DNA of 46,348 nucleotides from Rickettsiales bacterium (GTDB lineage Bacteria; Pseudomonadota; Alphaproteobacteria; Rickettsiales; UBA1997): NCBI GenBank assembly GCA_031289855.1, contig JAITOR010000026.1, positions 1 to 46,348 of the forward strand, read 5' to 3'. Shown piece by piece: positions 36,051 to 46,348 of this stretch (position 1 is its first letter; each line of letters starts with the position of its first letter). The notes under the pieces were generated by a model. It saw only the letters and a program-made list of their open reading frames with translations, ran no database searches and was not told where the DNA came from. The position numbers and the translations under genes were made by a program.

Positions 36051-37169
36051 TTATACTCTAATTGGCATTACCACATATAATAAATTTTTATCATTTTCTT
36101 TTTCTATAATTAATGGAGAATTTCCATCAAAAAATCTGATCTTTGTGTTGCCATCCCCCACTATTTGTGCCAAAATATCTAAAATATATTTTGAATTCAA
36201 TTTTGTATTTAATTCATCAAAATCATTTGTTAAAGGAATTTCCGCATCAGCCGTTTGTCCATTCTCACTCACAACTTCAAGATTTAATACCTTGTCTTTT
36301 GATAATAAGGTAACTTCTTTGCTTTTATCAGTGGCAGATATGATAAGTATCTTGCTTAAAGTTGTTTTAAAAATATCAGTTTCAAACGTAATTGTTTTGC
36401 TATTTTCATTAGGAATAACTCTATTATAATCAGGAAATTCCGCTTCAATCAATTTAACCAAAATTTCCAATTTTTCAGTTTTAACTGACATTTTATTATT
36501 TTTAATAGAAACTTTAACTTCTTCACTCGCTGATTCCAAAACCTTTATTACCTCACTTACAACTTTTTTTGGCACAATTGCTTTTTCTTTTATCTCAAAA
36601 CCCTCTTGTTTGTGACCAAACGTTCCCATTAAATGACCGCTTGTGGCCACAAAAAATAAATCATTTTCATTATTTTTATTTTGCAAAATTTCAGTATGAA
36701 TTCCATTCAAATAATATCTAACTTCATCATCACCCATAGCGATTTTAAGTTTTTTGAATCCCTCCAAAAATTTTGATGTTTTAACTAAATATTCTTCACC
36801 CCTTTCCTCCTGAATTATCTGTCCATCATTCATTTCCAATGCTTTCAACTTGTATTTGATACCACTAATTTTGATTTCTATATCGCTATCTTTAATTTTA
36901 AACTTTAATTCTTGTTCATTGTCAAAATTTTTAACTATATCTTGTAATTTTTTTAAAGGTAAAATCAAATCAACATTGTCATTTATTTCTATCGATTCTT
37001 CACCAACTAAAACATATCTAAAAGAAGAAATTTTAAATGTTAATTTATTATCTTTTATAGTTAAAGACACACTTCCTTCGCTACCAGAAGAATCTTCTGG
37101 ACTTACCTCAGGACTAAACAATGCAATACCCTTTAAAGCACCATTCTTTATGACAAAATTCTTTTCCAT
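36051..37169 (-). CDS. dnaN: DNA polymerase III beta sliding clamp
   Basis: It is 372 aa with a three-domain-sized layout and the C-terminal LLYVVMPIRV typical of DnaN. No dnaA is adjacent. Confidence 0.8.
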   Translation of the reverse strand: MEKNFVIKNGALKGIALFSPEVSPEDSSGSEGSVSLTIKDNKLTFKISSFRYVLVGEESIEINDNVDLILPLKKLQDIVKNFDNEQELKFKIKDSDIEIKISGIKYKLKALEMNDGQIIQEERGEEYLVKTSKFLEGFKKLKIAMGDDEVRYYLNGIHTEILQNKNNENDLFFVATSGHLMGTFGHKQEGFEIKEKAIVPKKVVSEVIKVLESASEEVKVSIKNNKMSVKTEKLEILVKLIEAEFPDYNRVIPNENSKTITFETDIFKTTLSKILIISATDKSKEVTLLSKDKVLNLEVVSENGQTADAEIPLTNDFDELNTKLNSKYILDILAQIVGDGNTKIRFFDGNSPLIIEKENDKNLLYVVMPIRV

Positions 37170-37266
37170 AATTTAACAATATCGTATTCTATTCCTTCAT
37201 AATAATAATATTAAATTAAAAAGCAATTTATTTGCATTTATTTTTTATTCTATAATAATTCAATCT

Positions 37267-39516
37267 GTGTTTAAAGTTTATAAATTTGGTGGTTCTATAC
37301 TTAAAAATGCAGACGATGTAAAGTTAATCGCATCAGTTATTGAAAAAAAAAAGAGCATAAATGTTTTTTCAGCCTTTTATGGTATTACAGATGCTTTCAT
37401 CAAGGTTGCAAAAACGGCAACGAGTGGTTTGCGAGAGTATGAAATGCAATTAGAATTTATTGCAAATTTCCATAAAAATATTTGTAAGGATTTAGAAATT
37501 GATTTTTCATTCATGAATGAAATTTTCGATAATGTTAAAAAATGTTTAGATGCAATTTATTTACTTGAAGATTTACCCACGAAGATACTTGATAAAATTA
37601 TGGGTTCAGGTGAATTATTGTCATCAAAAATTGTTAACGAATATACAAAAATAAAGCATGTAGATGCAAGAGAGGTTATAAAAACTGAATTTACTAACCC
37701 ATACTATGGAGAAACAAAAATTAAAATTGAAGAAACAACGAAAAATATTAAAAAAACTTTCAAGCAAAATGAAAGTTACATAATTGCTGGATTTATCGGT
37801 AGTGATGAAAAAGAAAATATGACAACCATTGGACGAAATGGCAGTAATTACTCCGCGGCCTTAATTGCTTCCATATTAGATGCCAATGAATTTATCATAT
37901 GGAAAGATGTAAATGGACTTTTAACCGCAAATCAAAAAGTTGTGCCCGACGCAATTCAAATTGATAAAATCTCATATAAAGAAATGGCCGAATTATCATA
38001 TTTTGGTAACAAAATTATAAATTTACAATCTTTACAACCGGCGATTGATAAAAATATCGCAATAAATTTAAGAAATATTTATAATTTAGATAATAAAGGA
38101 ACCATCATTTCTGCTGAAACAAATGAAGATTTTAAAATAAAAGGTATATCTAAAATTGATGATATAGCATTGATGTCCGTAACAGGACTTTTAATGATTG
38201 GAATTAGTGGTTTTTCAAAGCGAGTATTTACTTCGTTGAATTCGGTAGATGTTAGTGTAATTTTCATATCACAATCATCAAGTGAAATAACCATTTGTTT
38301 TGGCATTAAAAATAATGACTTGGAGAAGGCAAAAGAAGCATTAGAAAGAGAATTTTTGCACGAATTAAGTATAAAAGTTAAGGAAAAACAATCTATAATT
38401 GCTGTTGCTGGTTATGGAATGGCGAAAACTCCTGGAATTAGTGGTAAAATTTTTACTGGGTTAGGTAAAGCGAATGTGAATATTGTTGCTATAGCACAAG
38501 ATTTTGGTGAAATGAATATAACATTTTCTGTGGATGCAGAACAGGGAAATTTGGCCGTAAGAGCAATTCATAACTTTTTGTTTGAAAAGAAGATGATAAA
38601 TTGTTTGATTGCTGGCAAAGATTTAATAGGTGGCGCAGTATCACAAATATTGAATGGCCATGACAAATTGAATGTAATTGGAATCTTCAATTCAAAAGAA
38701 TACAACAATGAACCCTACGGGGATTATGATGAAATTATTGCAAAATTTAAAACTAAGACTGATTTTAACTATGTTTTAGTTGATTGCACTTCATCGGAGA
38801 TGATGGTAAAAAATTATACAAAATTTATTGAAAATGGTTTTAATATTGTAACCTCTAACAAAAAAGCAAATACTCTACCTTTGAAGGAGTTGGAAAAACT
38901 ACAAAAAATATTTGAAAAACATAAGAAAAGTTTTTTTTATGAGGCGAATGTTTGTGCTGGACTTCCAATAATTTCAACAATAAAAGATTTGTTATCTTCT
39001 GGCGATGAAATTACAAAGATTGAATGTATATTTTCCGACACATTGAGTTATATTTTCAATAATTTGTGTGAAAAAAAGAAATTTAGTGATATGATGCTTG
39101 ATGCGAAGGAAAAATGCTCCACAGAATCAGATTCAAATGAAGATTTATGCGGTTTGGATGTAAGTGAAAAATTATTAATTTTGGCAAGATTAATTGGTTA
39201 CAGAATTGATTTAAGTGATGTAAAAATACAAAGTTTGGTTGAAATTAACGATGAGGAGATTTTAAAAATGACAACAGAGGCCAATAAAAACGATAGTGTT
39301 TTAAGATATGTTGGGAAAATCGAGGGAGGAAAATGCGAAGCAAAAATTAAAGTTATAAGTAAATCACATACTTTGACCTCAACTCAATATACTGATAATA
39401 TTGTAAGTATCACAAGCAAATATTACAACAAAACTCCATTAGTGATTAAAGGACCTAATGCGGGAATCAAGGTAACGACTAATGGAATTATAAGTAATTT
39501 ATTGAAATTATTGTAA
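37267..39516 (+). CDS. thrA: Bifunctional aspartokinase / homoserine dehydrogenase
   Basis: VYKFGGSIL is the aspartokinase N-terminus, with ACT-like middle regions and a homoserine dehydrogenase C-terminal half. It is 749 aa with a GTG start. Confidence 0.85.
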   Translation: MFKVYKFGGSILKNADDVKLIASVIEKKKSINVFSAFYGITDAFIKVAKTATSGLREYEMQLEFIANFHKNICKDLEIDFSFMNEIFDNVKKCLDAIYLLEDLPTKILDKIMGSGELLSSKIVNEYTKIKHVDAREVIKTEFTNPYYGETKIKIEETTKNIKKTFKQNESYIIAGFIGSDEKENMTTIGRNGSNYSAALIASILDANEFIIWKDVNGLLTANQKVVPDAIQIDKISYKEMAELSYFGNKIINLQSLQPAIDKNIAINLRNIYNLDNKGTIISAETNEDFKIKGISKIDDIALMSVTGLLMIGISGFSKRVFTSLNSVDVSVIFISQSSSEITICFGIKNNDLEKAKEALEREFLHELSIKVKEKQSIIAVAGYGMAKTPGISGKIFTGLGKANVNIVAIAQDFGEMNITFSVDAEQGNLAVRAIHNFLFEKKMINCLIAGKDLIGGAVSQILNGHDKLNVIGIFNSKEYNNEPYGDYDEIIAKFKTKTDFNYVLVDCTSSEMMVKNYTKFIENGFNIVTSNKKANTLPLKELEKLQKIFEKHKKSFFYEANVCAGLPIISTIKDLLSSGDEITKIECIFSDTLSYIFNNLCEKKKFSDMMLDAKEKCSTESDSNEDLCGLDVSEKLLILARLIGYRIDLSDVKIQSLVEINDEEILKMTTEANKNDSVLRYVGKIEGGKCEAKIKVISKSHTLTSTQYTDNIVSITSKYYNKTPLVIKGPNAGIKVTTNGIISNLLKLL

Positions 39517-39586
39517 AAATAACATTTCTATGCCAAATCCAAAATTTATTTATTGACAATTATCTTTATTTAATTACCATGTACTT

Positions 39587-39672
39587 GAGATAAGTGGGTA
39601 GTTGTTTTGCTAAACCGGACAGATAGAAAACTAAGCATCCGTAACCAAAATTAATTAGGTCATTTATCTCAT
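39587..39672 (+). other. Possible structured RNA in a convergent intergenic region (identity unknown)
   Basis: There is a long-range helix between GAGATAAGTG (39587-39596) and CATTTATCTC (39663-39672) with 9/10 pairs. It encloses an unusually GC-containing segment (CCGGAC...GCATCCG). A weak upstream promoter reads TTGACA (39553-39558)-16-TACCAT. Confidence 0.25.
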
Positions 39673-39688
39673 AAATTTACTTATTATA

Positions 39689-40534
39689 TCAATGAAACCC
39701 CATTTTCTCTGCCAAATCCTCTGGAATTTTTTGTGCCAATTTATTACTCCAACCATATTCCTTGTGCATTTGTTCGGGTTTTCCATGATGATCGCTTCCT
39801 CCACTAACAAATAAATTGAATTTCTTTGCCAATTCCAAATAAAACACCGTTTCTTTCAAAGTTTGATTTGAATGATAAGCCTCAATTCCTTTCAATCCAT
39901 AACTCGTTAATTCTTTCACATATTTTGTTAAATCTTCATCATTTAATTCAAACTTGTATGGATGTGCCAATACAGATATTGCGCCGCTTGCATTTATTGC
40001 CTCAATTGTTTCTTTTGAATTGGGAAATTGTGGATACACGCAACATCTTGCAATTCCTCCACTTTTGAAAAAAGACAATTTTTCACTCACATCTGGCACA
40101 AGTTTTTTTGTATACAAAATCCTTTTTATGTGTTCGTTTGTAAAAGTTCCTTTGCAACTTAATATTACTTCATCAAAATTAATATCATAACCATTTTGCT
40201 GTAATAATTTTATTCTTTCAATAACTGCTGCATTTCTAATAAATCTTGCTTTTTTTATGTGTTGCTCTAATATATCTAAATTTTTCACCCCTAATGCCAA
40301 AATATGTACTTCTTTTTCATCATCCAATTCATATCTTGATGATGTTTCGCAGGCAATTATAGGTTTCAAGGCTGGATATTTTTTTGCTGCCTCTAAAAAA
40401 TCTGGCACCTGTTGCAACGTGTCATGATCTGATAAAGCGAGCGTCCTAACACCTTTATTGTATGCTTTTTCAACAACTTCCTCTGGGGTAAAATAGCCGT
40501 CCGAATAAACACTATGTGTATGTAAATCTATCAT
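39689..40534 (-). CDS. PHP-domain metal-dependent phosphoesterase
   Basis: It has IDLHTHSVYSDG, LALSDHD and SGGSDHHG motifs. Confidence 0.8.
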   Translation of the reverse strand: MIDLHTHSVYSDGYFTPEEVVEKAYNKGVRTLALSDHDTLQQVPDFLEAAKKYPALKPIIACETSSRYELDDEKEVHILALGVKNLDILEQHIKKARFIRNAAVIERIKLLQQNGYDINFDEVILSCKGTFTNEHIKRILYTKKLVPDVSEKLSFFKSGGIARCCVYPQFPNSKETIEAINASGAISVLAHPYKFELNDEDLTKYVKELTSYGLKGIEAYHSNQTLKETVFYLELAKKFNLFVSGGSDHHGKPEQMHKEYGWSNKLAQKIPEDLAEKMGFH

Positions 40535-40594
40535 ATATTCATACTATATACGATAAATACTAAATAGTCAAGTAAATAAAAAATAGAATTAATT

Positions 40595-42397
40595 CTAATC
40601 AATCTTTTTTCTTACACCACCTTTTGCCGCATTTTCCACATTTGCTGCATATAATTTTAATGAATTTGGTATAATTCTATTTCTATTTTTTGGTTTAAAA
40701 TCACTTTTTCTATTTTTTAATTCACTTTCATCAACATTCAAACTTATCTTTCTACCAGGAATATCAATTTCAATCTCATCACCATCATTTACAAATGCAA
40801 TCAAACCACCTTCTGCCGCCTCAGGTGATACATGCCCAATAGATAGCCCTGCCGTTCCACCACTAAATCGTCCATCTGTAATTAAGGCACAAAATTTTCC
40901 CAAACCTTTACTTTTAATAAATGAGGTTGGATACAACATTTCTTGCATTCCTGGTCCACCCTTTGGTCCTTCGTATCTCACCACCACTACATCACCAGAT
41001 TTAACTTTGTCACCAAGTATTTTTTCTACGGCTTCCTCTTGGCTTTCACATACAACGGCTTTTCCCTTAAATTTTAAAATACTGGCATCCACACCGGCCG
41101 TTTTTACTACACAACCTTCAGTTGCTAAATTTCCATACAAAGTTGCCAATCCACCATCTTTTGAGTAGGCATTATAATAATTTCTAATAACTCCATCTTT
41201 CCTGTTTTTGTCAACATCCTCATACTCTTTATCTTGTGAATATGGCTCTAAATTATAATTGCCACCCGGTGCTGATTTATACACATCTTCATGTTTATTT
41301 TTCCCTAAAATATCATACTCATCAACCAATTCACCAATGGTCAATCCAGTTATTGTTTTTGCATTATTATTAATAAGTCCAATCCTTTTTAATTCACCCA
41401 TAATAGCCATAATTCCACCAGCTCTATGCACTTCTTCCACATAATACTTTGATGAAGGAGCCACTTTACATAAATGAGGAACTTTTTTTGAAAGAGCATC
41501 AATATCTTTCATAGTAAAATCAACATTAGCTTCGTTGGCAATCGCTAAAATATGTAATATGGTATTAGTTGAGCCACCCATTGCAATATCAAGACTCATT
41601 GCGTTTTCAAAAGCAATTTTTGTTGCAATGCTTTTTGGCAATACATTTTCATCATTTTGTTTATAATATTTTTCAGTAATTTCCAATATTGCTTTTGCTG
41701 AATTTTCAAACAATGTTCGTCTATTGGTATGAGTTGCCAATAAGGTTCCATTGGTAGGCAATGTAAGTCCCAATGCTTCCGCTAAGCAATTCATTGAATT
41801 TGCAGTGAACATTCCAGAACAGGAACCACAAGTGGGACAAGAAAATTTCTCATACTTTTCCAAATCTTCAGCATTTACATTTTTATCAGCAGCAGCCACT
41901 ATTGTGGCAATTAGATCTAATCCCTTATCTTCACCCTGTATTTTACATCTACCAGCTTCCATAGGTCCACCAGATACAAAAATTGTAGGTATATTTAATC
42001 GCATAGATGCCATTATCATTCCTGGAGTTATTTTGTCGCAATTTGATATACAAATAAGAGCATCAGCCCTATGAGCATTACACATGTATTCCACAGAGTC
42101 TGCAATTATTTCCCTTGATGGAAGTGAATAAAGCATACCTTCATGACCCATTGCAATTCCATCATCAATTGCAATTGTATTGAATTGTTTTGGAATTCCG
42201 CCAAATTCAAAAATTTTGTCAGCCACCAATTTTCCCACTTTATCCAAATGTGTATGTCCCGGCACAAACTCCGTAAATGAATTTGCGATTGCAATTATTG
42301 GCTTATTGGTGTCATATTTTTTATTTGTAGCATTTAACAATGCTCGTGCACCCGCCATCTCTCTTTTTTTGAAAATCGCCGATTTGTATTCTGGCAT
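40595..42397 (-). CDS. ilvD: Dihydroxy-acid dehydratase
   Basis: It has MPEYKS...[15 protein letters not shown], and Fe-S ligand-containing regions. The start is set at the internal ATG at 42397. Confidence 0.95.
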   Translation of the reverse strand: MPEYKSAIFKKREMAGARALLNATNKKYDTNKPIIAIANSFTEFVPGHTHLDKVGKLVADKIFEFGGIPKQFNTIAIDDGIAMGHEGMLYSLPSREIIADSVEYMCNAHRADALICISNCDKITPGMIMASMRLNIPTIFVSGGPMEAGRCKIQGEDKGLDLIATIVAAADKNVNAEDLEKYEKFSCPTCGSCSGMFTANSMNCLAEALGLTLPTNGTLLATHTNRRTLFENSAKAILEITEKYYKQNDENVLPKSIATKIAFENAMSLDIAMGGSTNTILHILAIANEANVDFTMKDIDALSKKVPHLCKVAPSSKYYVEEVHRAGGIMAIMGELKRIGLINNNAKTITGLTIGELVDEYDILGKNKHEDVYKSAPGGNYNLEPYSQDKEYEDVDKNRKDGVIRNYYNAYSKDGGLATLYGNLATEGCVVKTAGVDASILKFKGKAVVCESQEEAVEKILGDKVKSGDVVVVRYEGPKGGPGMQEMLYPTSFIKSKGLGKFCALITDGRFSGGTAGLSIGHVSPEAAEGGLIAFVNDGDEIEIDIPGRKISLNVDESELKNRKSDFKPKNRNRIIPNSLKLYAANVENAAKGGVRKKID

Positions 42398-42501
42398 AAA
42401 AAACTCCATATAATAATATTAAGATAATATAATGTATTTTACTTTTTGTCAACAACGATTTTATTTTTTGACCAGTCGTAGTTGATTTTATACATTATGA
42501 C

Positions 42502-43113
42502 CTATTTTGTGCTCCACAACCATGGGAAATCTTTTTTTTGTTTTTCCTCATACTTATCGATTAAATCTTTTTTTTGCAATGTTAAACCAATATCATCCAA
42601 TCCATTTAATAAACAATTTTTTTGAAATGGCGACACATTATTGAAATTATAAGTCTTTCCACCTGCCACAACATTTTCCTTTTCCAGGTCAATGGTTATT
42701 TTTTCAGGTTTTTCAGCAACTTTTATTATTTCACTGACTTCATCATCACTCAATTTTATAAGCAATAATCCATTTTTGAAACTATTATTGTAAAAAATGT
42801 CAGCAAAAGACGAAGCAATTACTGCTCTTATGCCATAATCCGCTAAAGCCCATGCTGCATGCTCTCTTGATGAGCCGCAACCAAAATTTTCCAAAGACAC
42901 TATGATTTCAGTGTTTTTATAGGCTGGTTGGTTTAATATAAAATCCTCATTTGAACTTCCATCAACATTATATCTCATATTTTGAAATAAATGCCCTCCA
43001 ATTCCAGTTTTTGTTATTGCTTTTAAAAAATTGGCTGGAATAATCCTATCAGTATCCACATTTGCTATCTTTATTGGAGCTATTACTCCTTCTAATTTTG
43101 TAAATTTTTTCAT
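42502..43113 (-). CDS. leuD: 3-isopropylmalate dehydratase small subunit
   Basis: GENFGCGSSREHAAWAL is typical of LeuD. Confidence 0.92.
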   Translation of the reverse strand: MKKFTKLEGVIAPIKIANVDTDRIIPANFLKAITKTGIGGHLFQNMRYNVDGSSNEDFILNQPAYKNTEIIVSLENFGCGSSREHAAWALADYGIRAVIASSFADIFYNNSFKNGLLLIKLSDDEVSEIIKVAEKPEKITIDLEKENVVAGGKTYNFNNVSPFQKNCLLNGLDDIGLTLQKKDLIDKYEEKQKKDFPWLWSTK

Positions 43114-43155
43114 TTTTTCTCCTTTTTTATTATTTTTATATCAATTGTTTGCATA

Positions 43156-44535
43156 TCAAACTCCTTTCCTCACATCCGTGATATATCCCTTCACTGCCGC
43201 TGCCGCTGCCATCACTGGACTCATCAAGTGTGTTAACGCTCCTTTACCCTGTCTATTTTCGAAATTTCTATTGGATGTGGAAGCAACCCTTTCTCCATCC
43301 CCTGCAATATCATCATTCATTGCAAGACACATGGAACAACCAGCCCATCTCCATTCAAAACCTGCATCCAAGAAAATTTTATCCAAACCTTCTTTTTCGG
43401 CTCGTTGTTTTATGTAATTGGTGCCTGGAACCGCAATAGCCTTAACTCCATTTGCTATTTTCTTACCTTTTAAAATCTCAGCCGCATCCCTAAAATCTTG
43501 CAACCTACCATTGGTACAGGCTCCAATAAACACTCTGTCTATTTTTAAACCTTCAATTTTTTGTCCACTCTTAACACCAATATATTCCAATGCTCGTTTT
43601 TTTGTATCATCTTTTGCTTCCGGCACCACTCCATCTATACCAAATTCATCCTCCGGTGAAGTTCCCCAAGTTACTTGTGGTATAATATCCGCACCTTCAA
43701 ATGTATATTCCTTGTCCCATTTTGCATCAACATCACTCTTTAATGTTTTCCAATAAGCAACTGCTTTATCCCACATATCACCTTTTGGACTCCAAGATGC
43801 ACCCTTTATGTAATCAAAGGTTTTTTCGTCTGGCGCAATTAAACCAACTCTAGCACCACCTTCAATCGCCATATTAGAAATTGTTAATCTTTCATCCATA
43901 CCTAAATTTTTAATCACATCACCCGTAAATTCCACAGCATATCCTGTACCACCTTTTGTGCCAATTTTACCTATAACATATAAAATTACATCTTTACCGG
44001 TGGAATATTTTGGCAATTTACCATTGATTGTAATTTTCATATTTTTCATTTTCTTTTGTAAAATGGTTTGAGTTACCAACACATGTTCTATCTCGGTAGT
44101 TCCTGTACCGAATGCCATAGCACCCATCGCACCATGTGTTGCAGTGTGTGAATCTCCTTGAGTTAAAGTTACACCCGGCATTGAAAATCCTAATTCTGGT
44201 GCCACAGCATGACATACTCCACCATGTAAAGAACCACATGAATGAAACTCTATTCCAAATTTTTTAACATGCTCCTTGTGATATTCCAATTCTTTTCGTG
44301 CAATTGGATCTTCAATTGGTCTGTCAATGTCTTTTGTGTAGGTGCAATGATCTTCCACCGCCAATGCCTTGTTTGCATTTCGTGGCGTATAGCCATTTGC
44401 GTCCATATCCTCATAGGCCATTGGAGTTGTTATTTCATGCATTAAATGTCTATCTACATATAAAAGAGTAGTTCCATCATCCTTTTCCTCCACCACATGC
44501 GAGTCCCATATTTTATCGTATAAAGTTTTTCCCAT
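43156..44535 (-). CDS. leuC: 3-isopropylmalate dehydratase large subunit
   Basis: It is aconitase-family, with VDRHLMHE, GDSHT, IGACTNGR and ASTSNRNFENRQG. Confidence 0.95.
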   Translation of the reverse strand: MGKTLYDKIWDSHVVEEKDDGTTLLYVDRHLMHEITTPMAYEDMDANGYTPRNANKALAVEDHCTYTKDIDRPIEDPIARKELEYHKEHVKKFGIEFHSCGSLHGGVCHAVAPELGFSMPGVTLTQGDSHTATHGAMGAMAFGTGTTEIEHVLVTQTILQKKMKNMKITINGKLPKYSTGKDVILYVIGKIGTKGGTGYAVEFTGDVIKNLGMDERLTISNMAIEGGARVGLIAPDEKTFDYIKGASWSPKGDMWDKAVAYWKTLKSDVDAKWDKEYTFEGADIIPQVTWGTSPEDEFGIDGVVPEAKDDTKKRALEYIGVKSGQKIEGLKIDRVFIGACTNGRLQDFRDAAEILKGKKIANGVKAIAVPGTNYIKQRAEKEGLDKIFLDAGFEWRWAGCSMCLAMNDDIAGDGERVASTSNRNFENRQGKGALTHLMSPVMAAAAAVKGYITDVRKGV

Positions 44536-44836
44536 AATTATTTCTCCTTATTATTTTATTAATTATTATTTAAAAAGATTTTAACCCATTGGTCTACATC
44601 AAAGTTTTAGTTGTTATATGCCCCTACAGGCAATAACAACACACTAATGACATTAATATAAAACATAAAATATAAAATATATTTATACTGATACTATCAT
44701 CATATATCGAAAAATATAAATGTCAACAAAAATAGTTAATAATATGAAAAAAATTTTGAATTAACTTTATACATTAAAATTAACTTGATATATTAAAACC
44801 ATATCCTATTATCTCAAAAAAAACAATTATTATTTT

Positions 44837-45211
44837 ATGAAAAAAGTTATTTCTATAAAAGATGCACCAGGTGCTATAGGTCCATATTCGCAGGGTATTG
44901 ATATCGGTGATTTGATATTCCTTTCAGGACAATTGGGTATTGATGTAAAGTCTGGAAATTTAGGTTCCACCATTGAAGAACAAACAAAATTTGCTTTAAA
45001 TAACATTAAAACCATTTTACAAGAATATGGTCTAAACTTTTCAAATATTGTAAAAACTACAATTTATATGACAAATCTTGCAGATTTCAGCAAAGTAAAT
45101 GAAATTTATGCCACATATTTCAATGGCGATTATCCTGCAAGGACAACAGTGCAAGTGGCAGGATTACCAAAAAGTGGATTAATTGAAATTGAAGTTATTG
45201 TGCAAAAATAA
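44837..45211 (+). CDS. ridA: RidA/YjgF-family enamine/imine deaminase
   Basis: APGAIGPYSQGI, PARTTVQVAGLP and IEIEVI are present in 124 aa. Confidence 0.9.
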   Translation: MKKVISIKDAPGAIGPYSQGIDIGDLIFLSGQLGIDVKSGNLGSTIEEQTKFALNNIKTILQEYGLNFSNIVKTTIYMTNLADFSKVNEIYATYFNGDYPARTTVQVAGLPKSGLIEIEVIVQK

Positions 45212-46307
45212 ACTTATCCTTTATTTCTTCATAAAATTCTGTCATGCTAGTATAGAACCACCAATCCTTAAAATATAAGAAATCCTTCCCATAAATATCT
45301 ATGGTGTTATTCCAGGGTTTATTTTTGTCAGCAAAATGACATAAAACAATGTCATTTCGACCTCGAATTATCATTTCTTGCAATGATTTATCGTTTTTAT
45401 CTTCACTATATTTTAAAATCTTATTTATGAAATTGAATTTTAAATCCAATTCCAAACAATCGTTTTTAAAGTATTTGTTTAAAACATTTTGATCGTTGTA
45501 TGAACCTCTCTCATGATCATATAAATACTTATTGATTTTCAATAATTCTTCCAAGACATTATTTTCTCTCCATTTTTTACAATTAATCAAAAGCACTCCG
45601 GCATTAAAACCGTCGCCTAAATATCCAAACTTCACGGCACCTATTCCAAAATTATCAACATTATTGTCAAATAACTTTTTTATATCCCTCAACACCACAA
45701 TATCTCCATCAAGATATATGGCCCTATCAAGATTTGTTTTTAAAGATGGAATGTAAAAACGAATATAGGTCATTACCGAAATATGCGCATTAAGTTTGTT
45801 TGTATTTTTAAATATCTCAATAGTGTCATTGGATATCGTAATATATTCAATTGAAAAATTGTTGAATTTTTTCATGGTTTGATTTAACTTATTTTTACCA
45901 TTCTCCGTAATTTTGTTTTCAAGTATGTAAAAATCAATAAAAGAATTGGTATTATATAAAATAGATGCCATTACGGTGGCCGTATATTTTAAATAATTGT
46001 CATCGGTGGCAAGAAAAATAGGAATATGCTCCGTTTGATCTGTTATTTGTTTCGTGAAATTTGAAACATTCCACGAAGGAAGATGATTTATGGTATAGTC
46101 AAAAATTAGTATTTTTTCTATTTTATTCACTCTGTCGAGAATAGATTTAATGTTTATGCCATCAATGGGATTATTAACTGGATTAATGGTGAGACCATTG
46201 GCGACAATTTTTTCCCTATGTTTTTCCCTATGTTTTTCTCTAAAATGCCTTTTGTTTTTCTTTTTTGGAATAAACCAACAACAGATATTTATTAACAATT
46301 TATTCAT
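45195..46307 (-). CDS. Family 8 glycosyltransferase (LPS/LOS glycosyltransferase-like)
   Basis: IPIFLATDDNYLKY and YLDGDIVV (DxD) match the GT8 fold. The start is set at the ATG at 46307, preceded by GGAGG. The 3' end overlaps ridA convergently by 17 nt. Confidence 0.75.
   Translation of the reverse strand: MNKLLINICCWFIPKKKNKRHFREKHREKHREKIVANGLTINPVNNPIDGINIKSILDRVNKIEKILIFDYTINHLPSWNVSNFTKQITDQTEHIPIFLATDDNYLKYTATVMASILYNTNSFIDFYILENKITENGKNKLNQTMKKFNNFSIEYITISNDTIEIFKNTNKLNAHISVMTYIRFYIPSLKTNLDRAIYLDGDIVVLRDIKKLFDNNVDNFGIGAVKFGYLGDGFNAGVLLINCKKWRENNVLEELLKINKYLYDHERGSYNDQNVLNKYFKNDCLELDLKFNFINKILKYSEDKNDKSLQEMIIRGRNDIVLCHFADKNKPWNNTIDIYGKDFLYFKDWWFYTSMTEFYEEIKDKFIFAQ
46209..46244. repeat. 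12-bp tandem repeat inside the GT8 gene
   Basis: tttttccctatg occurs twice (46209-46232) plus a degenerate third unit. It encodes (REKH)n in frame. Confidence 0.8.
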
Positions 46308-46348
46308 ACAAACCTCCAAACAAATTGTTAAAGGAATAATGAATGATA

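Noticed and set aside
37170-37266. A possible replication origin or DnaA-box cluster next to dnaN.
   Set aside because: No dnaA gene is adjacent, and no TTATCCACA-like boxes are visible in the 97-nt spacer. It is a plain divergent promoter region for dnaN and thrA.
44607-44666. A 19-codon minus-strand ORF (MFYINVISVLLLPVGAYNN) with three consecutive Leu codons in the leuC 5' leader. It overlaps a GTTGTTAT...ATAACAAC hairpin and is a possible leucine attenuation leader peptide.
   Set aside because: There is no Shine-Dalgarno, and no convincing terminator/anti-terminator pair (no stem followed by a U-run before leuC). Three Leu codons in an AT-rich leader is weak evidence. T-box core sequences are also not recognisable.

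Overview
This is a strongly AT-rich, standard-genetic-code chromosomal segment from a diderm (Gram-negative-type) bacterium. The diderm call rests on a beta-barrel outer-membrane protein (OMP) and a GT8 LPS-type glycosyltransferase. About 85% of the window is ordinary housekeeping: uvrA, rlmE, ftsH, radA, coaC-like, gltX, rpsT, secF, dCMP deaminase, two ABC exporters, glmU-like, iscS, glmS, mnmG, tmk-like, dnaN, thrA, ilvD, leuCD, ridA. Three loci stand out. (1) At 240-1260, an Opa/OmpX-like OMP has a (TC)14 tract inside its predicted signal-peptide region and is currently out of frame, a classic phase-variation layout. (2) At 7164-9295, a roughly 2.1 kb restriction-modification islet (Dam-class m6A methyltransferase plus a frameshifted GIY-YIG-like nuclease) sits between 38-bp direct repeats that duplicate the 3' end of radA. 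It lies next to a decayed, divergent radA remnant. (3) At 12800-17730 there is a compact type II-C-like CRISPR-Cas locus with several unusual properties. The predicted cas9 promoter (TTGACT-17-TAATAT) has a G12 homopolymer filling its spacer. The gene order is cas9-cas2 on one strand with cas1 convergent on the other, the two 3' ends overlapping by 6 nt. I can find no canonical multi-spacer array. Instead, one repeat and one anti-repeat lie 11 nt apart on the same strand, between a strong promoter and a tracr-like tail with a terminator. That is the architecture of a genome-encoded single-guide RNA. The same promoter cassette occurs three times (cas9, guide/tracr unit, cas1). I regard locus 3 as the most interesting candidate. 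All RNA-level claims are sequence-based inference and need transcript mapping.
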